Shown piece after piece: positions 1 to 6,859 of a DNA stretch of 32,000 nt. The notes under the pieces are model-generated. The model was given only the letters and a program-made list of their open reading frames with translations, had not been told where the DNA came from and searched no databases. Position 1 is the first letter of the stretch. The number at the start of each line of letters is the position of its first letter. Origin of the DNA: Planctomycetales bacterium (GTDB taxonomy: Bacteria; 4484-113; JAFGCY01); contig CP060262.1 of NCBI GenBank assembly GCA_022646745.1, positions 1 to 32,000 on the forward strand, given 5' to 3'. Position numbers and translations under genes: made by a program.

Positions 1-14
1 AGTAAAATTGCCGC

Positions 15-917
15 GTGGCAAAGCTCCTCGACGGCAAGCAGGCGGCGAAATCGATCAGGACGGCCCTGCGCAGGCAGATCCGGCTCTGGATGGCGGACGG
101 GCATCCCCAGCCCCATGCGGTGTTCATCCAGGTCGGTGACAACCCCGCCAGCTCGCAGTACGTCGGGATGAAGAACCGCCAGGCCGAGAAGATCGGCTGC
201 CGCTCCACGATCGAGCTGCTCCCCGACGACACCACCCAGCAAGAGTTGCTGGCGCGCCTCGCGATCCACAATGCCGACCCCGGCGTACACAGCATCCTCG
301 TGCAGCTGCCGCTGCCGGCGCACATGGACGAACAGCAGGTGGCGGAGTCGATCTCACCTTTGAAGGACGTGGACTGCTTCCACCCGGAGAATGTCGGGCG
401 CGTGGCACTCGGCCTGCCGGCCCCGCGGCCGGCCACCCCGCAGGGCATCATCAACCTGCTGGATGCCAATGGCATTGAGCTGCAGGGCAAGCACGCCGTG
501 GTGCTCGGGCGCAGCAACCTCGTTGGCAAGCCGCTCGGCCTGCTGCTGCTGGAGCGCAACTGCACCGTGACCTACTGCCATAGCCGCACGGCCGACCTGG
601 GCGCGGTAACCCGCCAGGCGGACATCCTTGTTGCCGCCGCCGGACGTGCCGGGCTGGTGACGGGTGAAATGGTGAAGCAGGATGTGGTGGCGGTGGACGT
701 CGGCACGAACTTCGTGCACATCCTCGATGATGCCGGTGAGCCTGAGTATGACGCGGATGGCGAGCCGCGCATGATGCTGGTTGGCGACCTCGTGTTTGAC
801 GAGGTGGCGGAGAAGGCCAGCTGGATCAGCCCGGTGCCGGGTGGCGTCGGCCCGATGACGATCGCCACGGTGCTGGAGAACACGGTCGCGCTCTACCGCC
901 GCATCGAAGGCGTATAG
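15..917 (+). CDS. folD: Bifunctional methylene-THF dehydrogenase / methenyl-THF cyclohydrolase (FolD)
   Basis: 300-aa ORF with GTG start. FolD-typical motifs read by eye: YVGMKNRQAEKIG, ILVQLPLP, GRSNLVGKPLGLLL, PVPGGVGPMTIA. Carries an acidic insertion (ILDDAGEPEYDADGEPRMM) before the GDL/V motif. Confidence 0.9.
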   Translation: MAKLLDGKQAAKSIRTALRRQIRLWMADGHPQPHAVFIQVGDNPASSQYVGMKNRQAEKIGCRSTIELLPDDTTQQELLARLAIHNADPGVHSILVQLPLPAHMDEQQVAESISPLKDVDCFHPENVGRVALGLPAPRPATPQGIINLLDANGIELQGKHAVVLGRSNLVGKPLGLLLLERNCTVTYCHSRTADLGAVTRQADILVAAAGRAGLVTGEMVKQDVVAVDVGTNFVHILDDAGEPEYDADGEPRMMLVGDLVFDEVAEKASWISPVPGGVGPMTIATVLENTVALYRRIEGV

Positions 918-922
918 GAAGC

Positions 923-964
923 TCAGGCCCACGGCCTGGCAGGAGGCCAATCCCATGGATTGGC
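923..964 (+). repeat. Two-hairpin REP-like module directly after the folD stop (caggcc-cac-ggcctg, then GGAGG + gccaatcc-cat-ggattggc)
   Basis: Stems read directly from the sequence. A near-identical copy occurs at 26673..26718 after the tal stop. Confidence 0.75.
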
Positions 965-1087
965 AGAGCCGGCATTGTATCGGAATGACAACGTGAGTCG
1001 GTGGATTGTGCGACAACTTCCGTAGCACCGCCAGGCGATCATTATTCGCACCACGCAGCGCAGCCTGCGCAGCTCCGTAGTGCAACT

Positions 1088-1139
1088 CACGCCTATGGCG
1101 TGATCGCACCTCCATTGCCAGAATGAATTCTGGCCTCCG
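1088..1139 (-). repeat. Two short hairpins with GGAGG on the minus strand (GGAGG..CACGCC-ATA-GGCGTG, and TAG-C-GGAGG-CCAGAAT-TC-ATTCTGG)
   Basis: Plus-strand cacgcc tat ggcgtg (1088..1102) is followed by cctcc. Plus-strand ccagaat ga attctgg (1118..1133) is followed by cctcc (1134..1138), which abuts the TAG stop of ORF 1140..1373. Confidence 0.65.
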
Positions 1140-1373
1140 CTAGTCCGGCAGCTGGGCCTTGCCGGAATGGATGATGCTGATCCGGTCGAGGATCTCACGG
1201 CCCTTGGCAACATGCCCGAGCGCCGCCACCTTGTGGGCGCAGCCCGCCGGCACGTCCCTCATCTCGAAATGCGTCGCGCTCACCCGGCAGTGTGCAGCGG
1301 CGTTCTCGAATTCCTCGGCGGCAAGGTTGAACATCTCCGCCACTTCAATCGGTGTCACATCGTTGTCAGGCAT
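1140..1373 (-). CDS. Small helical hypothetical protein (77 aa) coupled to cysS
   Basis: Its ATG at 1373 lies 3 nt after the cysS stop (1377..1379), suggesting an operon. Ala/His-rich helical pattern (AAEEFENAAAHCRVSATHFE..AHKVAALGHVAKG). No family recognised with certainty. Confidence 0.5.
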   Translation of the reverse strand: MPDNDVTPIEVAEMFNLAAEEFENAAAHCRVSATHFEMRDVPAGCAHKVAALGHVAKGREILDRISIIHSGKAQLPD

Positions 1374-1376
1374 TGA

Positions 1377-2927
1377 TCACCCCTTCAGTTTCCAGCGCGC
1401 ACCCTCGGCGGTGTCCTCCACCTCCAGCCCGCACTGTGCGAACAGGTCACGCAGCATGTCGGCCTTGGCCCAGTCCTTGTCAGCACGGGCCTGGCCGCGG
1501 GCCTCGACCAGCCTGTCAATGAAGGCATCCTGGGCCGCGGTGTCGGCACTGCCACCGACCGGGAAGCAGTCCATCGCCAGCTGCGGGTAGAGCAGCTCAT
1601 TCGGCCGCTCGATGCCGAGCACGTACAGGTGCCGCGCCAGGCAGCGGTAGGCCGCCAGCACGGAGGGCATGTCATCGGAGGATTCTATCCCGCCCTTGTA
1701 AAGTTCGTTGACATACTCGAACATCGCTGCCGTGGCCTGCGGGCTGTTCACATCGTCATCCATGGCCTCGCGGAACTTCGCGATGAATTTCGTTGCCAGC
1801 TCAGCGAACTGGCCGTACTCGTAGTAGTGGCGCAGGCGCGGCACGCGCATCTGTGGCTCACGCAGTGAGGCATACTCCCCACGCGCCGGCACGCCGTCCG
1901 CGACCTCGTCCCACTTCGAGAGGCGGCCCTCGAGGATGTCCAGCAGGTTGGTGATCTTGCGGTAGCCTTCGGCCGCGCTGTCAATCAGCTCACCACTGAA
2001 TGCCAGCTTGGTGCGGTAGTGGTTCATCGCATAGAACCAGCGCACCTTGTCATAGCTGTGGCGCTCCAGCAGGTCCGGGACGCCGACAACGTTGCCAAGG
2101 GACTTGCTCATCTTCTCGCCGCGCAGGTCGAGGTGCTCGGGGTGCATCCAGTACTTCACCCAGGTTGAGCAGCCGCACAGCGGTTCGCTCTGGGCAATCT
2201 CGTTCTCGTGGTGCGGGAACATGTTGTCAACGGCCCCGCCATGCAGGTCGAATGTCGCGCCGAGCGTCTCGCTGGACATCACGGAGCATTCGATATGCCA
2301 GCCCGGGCGGCCCTGCGGCCAGTCCGGATGGCCGGTCTGCCAGCTCGGCTGCCCGCCCTCACTCGGCTTCCACAGCGTGAAGTCCGCCGGGTTGCGCTTG
2401 CGCGAGACATCCTCGCCGACGCGCCCGGATGCGCCGACCTGCTGCTCCTCCACGGTGCGGCCGCTGAGCTTGCCGTAACCGGGGAAGCTCGCCACATCGT
2501 AGAACACCTCGCCGTTGACGACGTAGGCATGGCCCTTCCCGATCAGCTGCGCCACCATCTCGATCTGTCCGCGGATGAAGTCCGTCGCGCGTGTGTAGAC
2601 GGCGTAGTCCTTGATCTTCAGCATCCGGCAGTCGTTGCGGAAGCTGGCGATCACGCGCTCGGCGATGTCGATGCTGCCGACGGTGTCGGTCGCGCGGTCC
2701 ATCAACCGGTCGTCAATGTCGGTGTAGTTGATCACGCTCATCACGTGGTAGCCGTTGTACTCGAGGTAGCGGCGGAACATGTCCCAGAAGCAGTAGGTCC
2801 GGGCATGGCCGATGTGCATGCGCGAGTAGACGGTCAGGCCGCAGGTGTAGATGCGCACGACTTCCGGCGAGGCCGGGACGAAGTCCTCTTTCTTCCGGGA
2901 CAGGGTGTTGAAAACGCGAAGCGCCAT
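1377..2927 (-). CDS. cysS: Cysteinyl-tRNA synthetase
   Basis: 516 aa. Class I motifs HIGHAR and KMSKSLGN. N-terminus RIYTCGLTVY and the WHIECS zinc-site motif are typical of CysRS. Confidence 0.95.
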   Translation of the reverse strand: MALRVFNTLSRKKEDFVPASPEVVRIYTCGLTVYSRMHIGHARTYCFWDMFRRYLEYNGYHVMSVINYTDIDDRLMDRATDTVGSIDIAERVIASFRNDCRMLKIKDYAVYTRATDFIRGQIEMVAQLIGKGHAYVVNGEVFYDVASFPGYGKLSGRTVEEQQVGASGRVGEDVSRKRNPADFTLWKPSEGGQPSWQTGHPDWPQGRPGWHIECSVMSSETLGATFDLHGGAVDNMFPHHENEIAQSEPLCGCSTWVKYWMHPEHLDLRGEKMSKSLGNVVGVPDLLERHSYDKVRWFYAMNHYRTKLAFSGELIDSAAEGYRKITNLLDILEGRLSKWDEVADGVPARGEYASLREPQMRVPRLRHYYEYGQFAELATKFIAKFREAMDDDVNSPQATAAMFEYVNELYKGGIESSDDMPSVLAAYRCLARHLYVLGIERPNELLYPQLAMDCFPVGGSADTAAQDAFIDRLVEARGQARADKDWAKADMLRDLFAQCGLEVEDTAEGARWKLKG

Positions 2928-3017
2928 GCCCGTATTTTAGCTGTGGTCACAGTGCGGACAGCCAGTTGCGGTTCCAACCGAACCCGTTTGCGGACCCATG
3001 GCTCAATATAAGCAGGG

Positions 3018-3587
3018 ATGCATGAGCTGATAGACAGATGCCGCGGCGGAGACAGGGAGGCCTTCTCTGAACTGGTGGTGCAGCTCCATCCCTGGGCCCT
3101 GCGGTACTGCGCTTCGATGCTGCCCGACGAAAGCCTGGCACGGGACGCCGTGCAGGAGTCGATGGTGCTGCTGTTCCAGCGCATTGGGCAGTTGCGCAGC
3201 AATGACGCACTGCTGCCCTGGCTGCGCAGCATCCTCAGGAGCCAGGTGCTGCGGATCGCGCGACGACCGGCCGCTGCAGATCTAAGTGGCGCTGAAGCCG
3301 CTTCCTCCGATGCAGATGCCCAGCGTGAGCTGGAACTGGCAGCGCTGCGGCAGTCAGTACAACGCGCGGTGGCTTCACTGTCGGAGGCCAATCGAGAGGC
3401 CGTCGAGCTGTTCTATATGGAGGAGCGCAGCGTGGCTGAAGTCTCGCTGCAGCTGGGCATTCCACAGGGCACGGTCAAGCGCCGCCTGCACGATTCACGC
3501 AGGCTGCTACGCGAATTGCTGCCGCGTGAGGGAATCAAGCGGGGCAGCGCATTGCATGGGGACGATGAGGAGAGAATCAATCTATGA
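3018..3587 (+). CDS. ECF-type RNA polymerase sigma-70 family factor
   Basis: 189 aa. Region 2-like segment REAFSELVVQLHPWALRYC..ARDAVQESMV. Region 4.2 HTH segment REAVELFYMEERSVAEVSLQLGIPQGTVKRRLHDSRRLL. No anti-sigma-like gene follows. Confidence 0.85.
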   Translation: MHELIDRCRGGDREAFSELVVQLHPWALRYCASMLPDESLARDAVQESMVLLFQRIGQLRSNDALLPWLRSILRSQVLRIARRPAAADLSGAEAASSDADAQRELELAALRQSVQRAVASLSEANREAVELFYMEERSVAEVSLQLGIPQGTVKRRLHDSRRLLRELLPREGIKRGSALHGDDEERINL

Positions 3588-3600
3588 CATGGAGTAAGCG

Positions 3601-4677
3601 ATGCTGGTACAAGTAATTCCAACTGATGAGATCCGTGAAATGCTGCGTCCAATGATCAGCCAGGAAGCGCTGGAAATGCTGCTGCTGCCGGGAGAACCAC
3701 CGGCCCTGCGCATCCAGGGGCAGGTTGAGCGCCAGGGCGAGGAACCGCTTGAGCCGGCTGAGCTTGCCAGGCTGGCGGAGCAGCTGTTCGGCGAGGAAGC
3801 GGTGTCCGGACTGGGCAGCAGCACCGGCCTGCTGCGCGGGATTGCCAGCCTTGATGGCACGCAGTTCGAAAGGGCCGGCGAGAAGCTGCGCATCATGTTC
3901 AGCGCCAGCCGCAGCAATGGAGAGGTGTCAATCGCGGCCCGGCTGGCGGCGTACAGGATCGTCGGTCCGGAGCAGATCGGCCTGCCGCAGGCCGTGCTGG
4001 ATGCAGCGGATTCCCCCAATGGCCTGCTGATCTTCACCGGTCCGACAGGTAGCGGCAAGACCACGGCTGCGGCGTCCGTTCTGGAGCACCTGAATGCCAC
4101 GAAGCCGCTGCATATCTGCCTGATGGATGACCCGATGCAGTTCCAGCTGCAGCCCAAGCTGAGCATCGTGCAGCACAAGGATCTGTATATCGACATGCCG
4201 GACTTCGTCTCCGGGATGCAGGCCGCGATGGCACAGGACATCGACGTGATCTACCTCGCGGAGATCCGCACTTTGGAGGAGCTGCGCATGTGCCTGGCAA
4301 TCGCCCAGACCGGGCACCTTGTCGTCACGGTGCTGCATGCCAATACTCCGCTGGATGCTGTGGAGCGCATCCGCCGGGCCTTCCCGCCCGAGGAAAGGGA
4401 AGCCGGGATGCGGGACTTTGGCGATGCCCTGCGCTGCATCACAGCCCTGCGCCTGCTGCGCCGCAGCTCAGGCAAGGGACGGGTGGCGGCCTATGACGTG
4501 CTTGTGCCTGATGCACTGATGCGGGAAGCCATTGCGAGGGAAGAGCGCGTGCTGGATCGCAGCGGTGACCTGCCACAGGGTTGCCAGTCCTTCACAGACA
4601 GTCTGGCAGCACTGCTCGAGTCCGGTGAGGTGACACAGGCTGAAGTGGACCGCGTGCTGCGCGAACTTGGCAGCTGA
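3601..4677 (+). CDS. PilT/PilU-family secretion ATPase (divergent, orphan)
   Basis: 358 aa. GGAG at 3591..3594 sits 6 nt before the ATG. Walker A GPTGSGKTT, Asp-box LMDDPMQF (canonical IEDPIEF), Walker B DIDVIYLAEIR, His-box TGHLVVTVLHANT. No other pilus genes in the window. Confidence 0.8.
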   Translation: MLVQVIPTDEIREMLRPMISQEALEMLLLPGEPPALRIQGQVERQGEEPLEPAELARLAEQLFGEEAVSGLGSSTGLLRGIASLDGTQFERAGEKLRIMFSASRSNGEVSIAARLAAYRIVGPEQIGLPQAVLDAADSPNGLLIFTGPTGSGKTTAAASVLEHLNATKPLHICLMDDPMQFQLQPKLSIVQHKDLYIDMPDFVSGMQAAMAQDIDVIYLAEIRTLEELRMCLAIAQTGHLVVTVLHANTPLDAVERIRRAFPPEEREAGMRDFGDALRCITALRLLRRSSGKGRVAAYDVLVPDALMREAIAREERVLDRSGDLPQGCQSFTDSLAALLESGEVTQAEVDRVLRELGS

Positions 4678-4727
4678 GCTGTTTGACAACTATGAGCTTA
4701 CTGCTGATCAACGGAAGCAGGAAGTAC

Positions 4728-5282
4728 CAATGAGCAATGAACGCATCATTCAATGAGTGCTGAAGAGTGAACAATTAGCCCAAGCATCATTGTCAAGTCT
4801 GATTTAGTGTTCTATATGTCCACCCCCGTTTCAGCTGTTCCTTCAATGTCCCCAGAGGATCATGACTCATCGCACAATCCTCATTCATCAAAATGACCCG
4901 GAGTGTGGCCCGAAGGCCACATGGCCATGCCGGACAGACCGGCACTCCGTGAGGAGGCCAGGCAGTTTGCCTGGCATTCGCCAAGCTTACAGCTTGGCCT
5001 CCGTTGCGCAGCTTCGGCTTCGCCTCCGCAACGCGGCTCCGTGGGACTGGGAATCCCCGGCCGGGCGTCGTAGTCCATCCGGCCTGCGATGCCTGTTGCC
5101 AGGCAGCGCACCACATCAAGCGCTTGATGTTAGGTATTATCCTTTGCAGGGAAAATTGGTCAAATAAATTAACATTTGAGTAATGAAGAATGAGTGAAGA
5201 GCAATGAGTCAAACTCAGGCGGAGGTCATCTCGCAGCCATTCACGCTCATTGCTCACTCTTCATTGCTCATTGCATTCTTCA
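4728..5282. repeat. AT-rich heptad-repeat blocks (CAATGAG-like) bracketing a GC-rich multi-hairpin island; possible MITE-like element or structured ncRNA locus
   Basis: Left block 4728..4772. Middle block 5181..5208, in direct orientation. Right block 5246..5282, inverted; caatgagcaatgaa is shared exactly between 4728..4741 and the reverse complement of the right block. At least 8 short hairpins lie between 4900 and 5130. Confidence 0.6.
4790..4818 (+). promoter_or_regulatory. Candidate sigma70-like promoter pointing into the hairpin island
   Basis: TTGTCA (4790..4795), 17-nt spacer, TATATG (4813..4818). No CDS follows for about 580 nt. Confidence 0.3.
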
Positions 5283-5401
5283 GGGCTCTGGACGCAGGCC
5301 TGCATTTGCAGCATTGAGATTGAAACGTATCTTGATTCAGGCCCGTGGCCAGCGGCCTGAGGCCTTATACTGCAACAGGTACGGGGAAAGGACGGACTGA
5401 C

Positions 5402-5941
5402 ATGAACTACGACATCGAAGAGAGCATTGCCATCCTTGAGCGCACGCCTGCCGTGCTCTCGGCGCTGCTGTCGGGCCTGCCGGACTGCTGGGTAATGGCA
5501 ACGGAGGGCGAGGAGAGCTGGAGTGCCTTCGACATCCTCGGGCACCTGATCCACGGCGAACAGACGGACTGGATTCAGCGTACTGAGCGCATCCTCGAAC
5601 ATGGAGAATCGAAGCCGTTCGAGCCCTTCGACCGCTTTGCCCAGTTCGCGGATTCACAGGGCAAGTCTCTGGACCTGCTGCTGGACGAATTCACGGAGCT
5701 GCGCGCGGCCAATGTTGCCAGACTGAAGGAAATGGCAATCGGCGAGGAGCAACTGGCGCTGAAGGGTACGCATCCCGCGCTTGGCACGGTCACTCTCTCA
5801 CAGTTGCTGGCAACCTGGACCGTGCATGACCTTGGGCACATCTACCAGATCGTGCGCACAATGGCCGCACAGTACAAGGAAGAGGTTGGACCGTGGCTGC
5901 AGTACCTGCGGGTATTGCAGGAGAGCAGGATTTCCCACTGA
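5402..5941 (+). CDS. DinB-family (DinB_2-like) metal-dependent protein
   Basis: Four-helix-bundle pattern with conserved His (ILGHLIHGEQ, WTVHDLGHIYQI). The internal ATG at 5402 is preferred over the tracked GTG at 5345, because of a purine-rich GAAAGGA upstream and a typical family N-terminus. Confidence 0.75.
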   Translation: MNYDIEESIAILERTPAVLSALLSGLPDCWVMATEGEESWSAFDILGHLIHGEQTDWIQRTERILEHGESKPFEPFDRFAQFADSQGKSLDLLLDEFTELRAANVARLKEMAIGEEQLALKGTHPALGTVTLSQLLATWTVHDLGHIYQIVRTMAAQYKEEVGPWLQYLRVLQESRISH

Positions 5942-5988
5942 ACCTGACCCAATAAAGGCAAGTAAAAGCGGTTCCGCTTATGGCTGGC

Positions 5989-6004
5989 ATGAATATATAT
6001 TCAT
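5989..6004. promoter_or_regulatory. Perfect 16-nt AT-rich palindrome ATGAATATATATTCAT upstream of the secreted Cys-protein/nuclease pair
   Basis: Self-complementary sequence read directly, 37 nt upstream of the ATG at 6041. Candidate operator and/or -10 region. Confidence 0.35.
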
Positions 6005-6040
6005 CGCTTCTGTTTTGGGACTCTTCCCCGGTAGGAAGCC

Positions 6041-6340
6041 ATGAACAAGCTCTTGTTGGCTTTTATTGCGTCCGTTTTTCTGCTGGCCACGACCAGTGCG
6101 CAGGCGGCGACCGCTGTAACCGGCTTCGCCGGCAGCCTCGCTGCACAGGTGATGCAGCAGGGCCAGCCGCTTTCCGAACGCGAAATTGATCCGAAGACCT
6201 ATGTGGTCTACGTCACCAAGACCGGCAAGAAGTACCACATGGATGGTTGCCAGTACCTGCGCAAGAGCAAGATCAAGACCACACTCGCTGATGCTCGCAA
6301 GGCATACGAGCCCTGCAAGGTCTGCAAGCCGCCCAAGTAA
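6041..6340 (+). CDS. Small secreted protein with a KYH-x3-C...C-x2-C metal-binding-type motif
   Basis: 99 aa. Signal peptide MNKLLLAFIASVFLLATTSAQA. C-terminal motif TGKKYHMDGCQYL...EPCKVCKP. Confidence 0.6.
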   Translation: MNKLLLAFIASVFLLATTSAQAATAVTGFAGSLAAQVMQQGQPLSEREIDPKTYVVYVTKTGKKYHMDGCQYLRKSKIKTTLADARKAYEPCKVCKPPK

Positions 6341-6859
6341 TTGCCAAGACTGCTTCCGACCCTGTTGCTTGCCGCTTGGATGGCTGGCAGTTCTCACGCA
6401 GCTGAGCGACCCCCGGCGCCGGACTCCGCACTGGAAGGCTGGCCGCTTTATCAAGTTGCCAGGGTTGTGGATGGCGACACCATCAAGGTGCTCGTGGACG
6501 GCGAGCAGATTTCGGTGCGCATCATCGGACTGGACACGCCTGAGACTGTTCATCCGGCAAAGCCCGTTGAGTATTTCGGCAGGGAAGCATCGCAGCGAGC
6601 GAAGGAACTGCTGGAGGGGCACTCCGTTTACCTGCTGCCTGACCAGGGGGACGAACTGCAGCAGGACCGCTATGGCCGGCTGCTGGCACATGTCTGGCGG
6701 GACGACGGCCTGATGTTCGCCTTTGAGATGATTGTCGACGGATACGCCTTTGATTACCCCAAGTACCCCTTCCGTGAGGACTACATGGAACTGTTCGCCG
6801 AAGCGGAGGGATTTGCCCGCGACAATGGTCTAGGATTGTGGGGTGAGCAACCAAACTAA
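6341..6859 (+). CDS. Secreted staphylococcal-nuclease (SNase/thermonuclease) homologue
   Basis: SNase core motifs VVDGDTIKV, VRIIGLDTPE, YFGREASQRAKELL, DRYGRLLAHVW. Signal-peptide-like N-terminus if the TTG at 6341 is used; an ATG at 6380 is the alternative start. Confidence 0.85.
   Translation: MPRLLPTLLLAAWMAGSSHAAERPPAPDSALEGWPLYQVARVVDGDTIKVLVDGEQISVRIIGLDTPETVHPAKPVEYFGREASQRAKELLEGHSVYLLPDQGDELQQDRYGRLLAHVWRDDGLMFAFEMIVDGYAFDYPKYPFREDYMELFAEAEGFARDNGLGLWGEQPN

Noticed and set aside
354-1115. 253-aa minus-strand ORF. The same class includes 2208..3011 (+), 5978..6691 (-), 12947..13864 (+), 13227..14087 (+), 16350..17660 (-), 16652..17815 (-), 19860..21329 (+), 23446..24030 (+), 23973..24881 (+), 25864..26607 (-) and 28328..29851 (+).
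   Set aside because: All are antisense or out of frame to genes with strong family motifs. All have Arg/Ala/Pro/Gly-rich shadow-frame composition and no recognisable motifs.
4820-5130. Possible tmRNA, RNase P RNA, SRP RNA or 6S RNA in the hairpin island
   Set aside because: The diagnostic strings are absent by eye. There is no GAGGAAAGTCC / ACAGAANCCGGCTTA (RNase P). There is no tRNA-Ala-like end with a tag ORF (tmRNA). There is no GGAAGCAGCC domain IV motif (SRP). It remains an unclassified structured region pending an Rfam scan.
4793-5257. 154-aa minus-strand ORF (and 4862..5167 on the plus strand) across the intergenic island
   Set aside because: They span the hairpin train and heptad repeats. 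The translation is low-complexity (runs of P/R/G/W/A) with no domain signal. The region is better explained as repeats or RNA structure.
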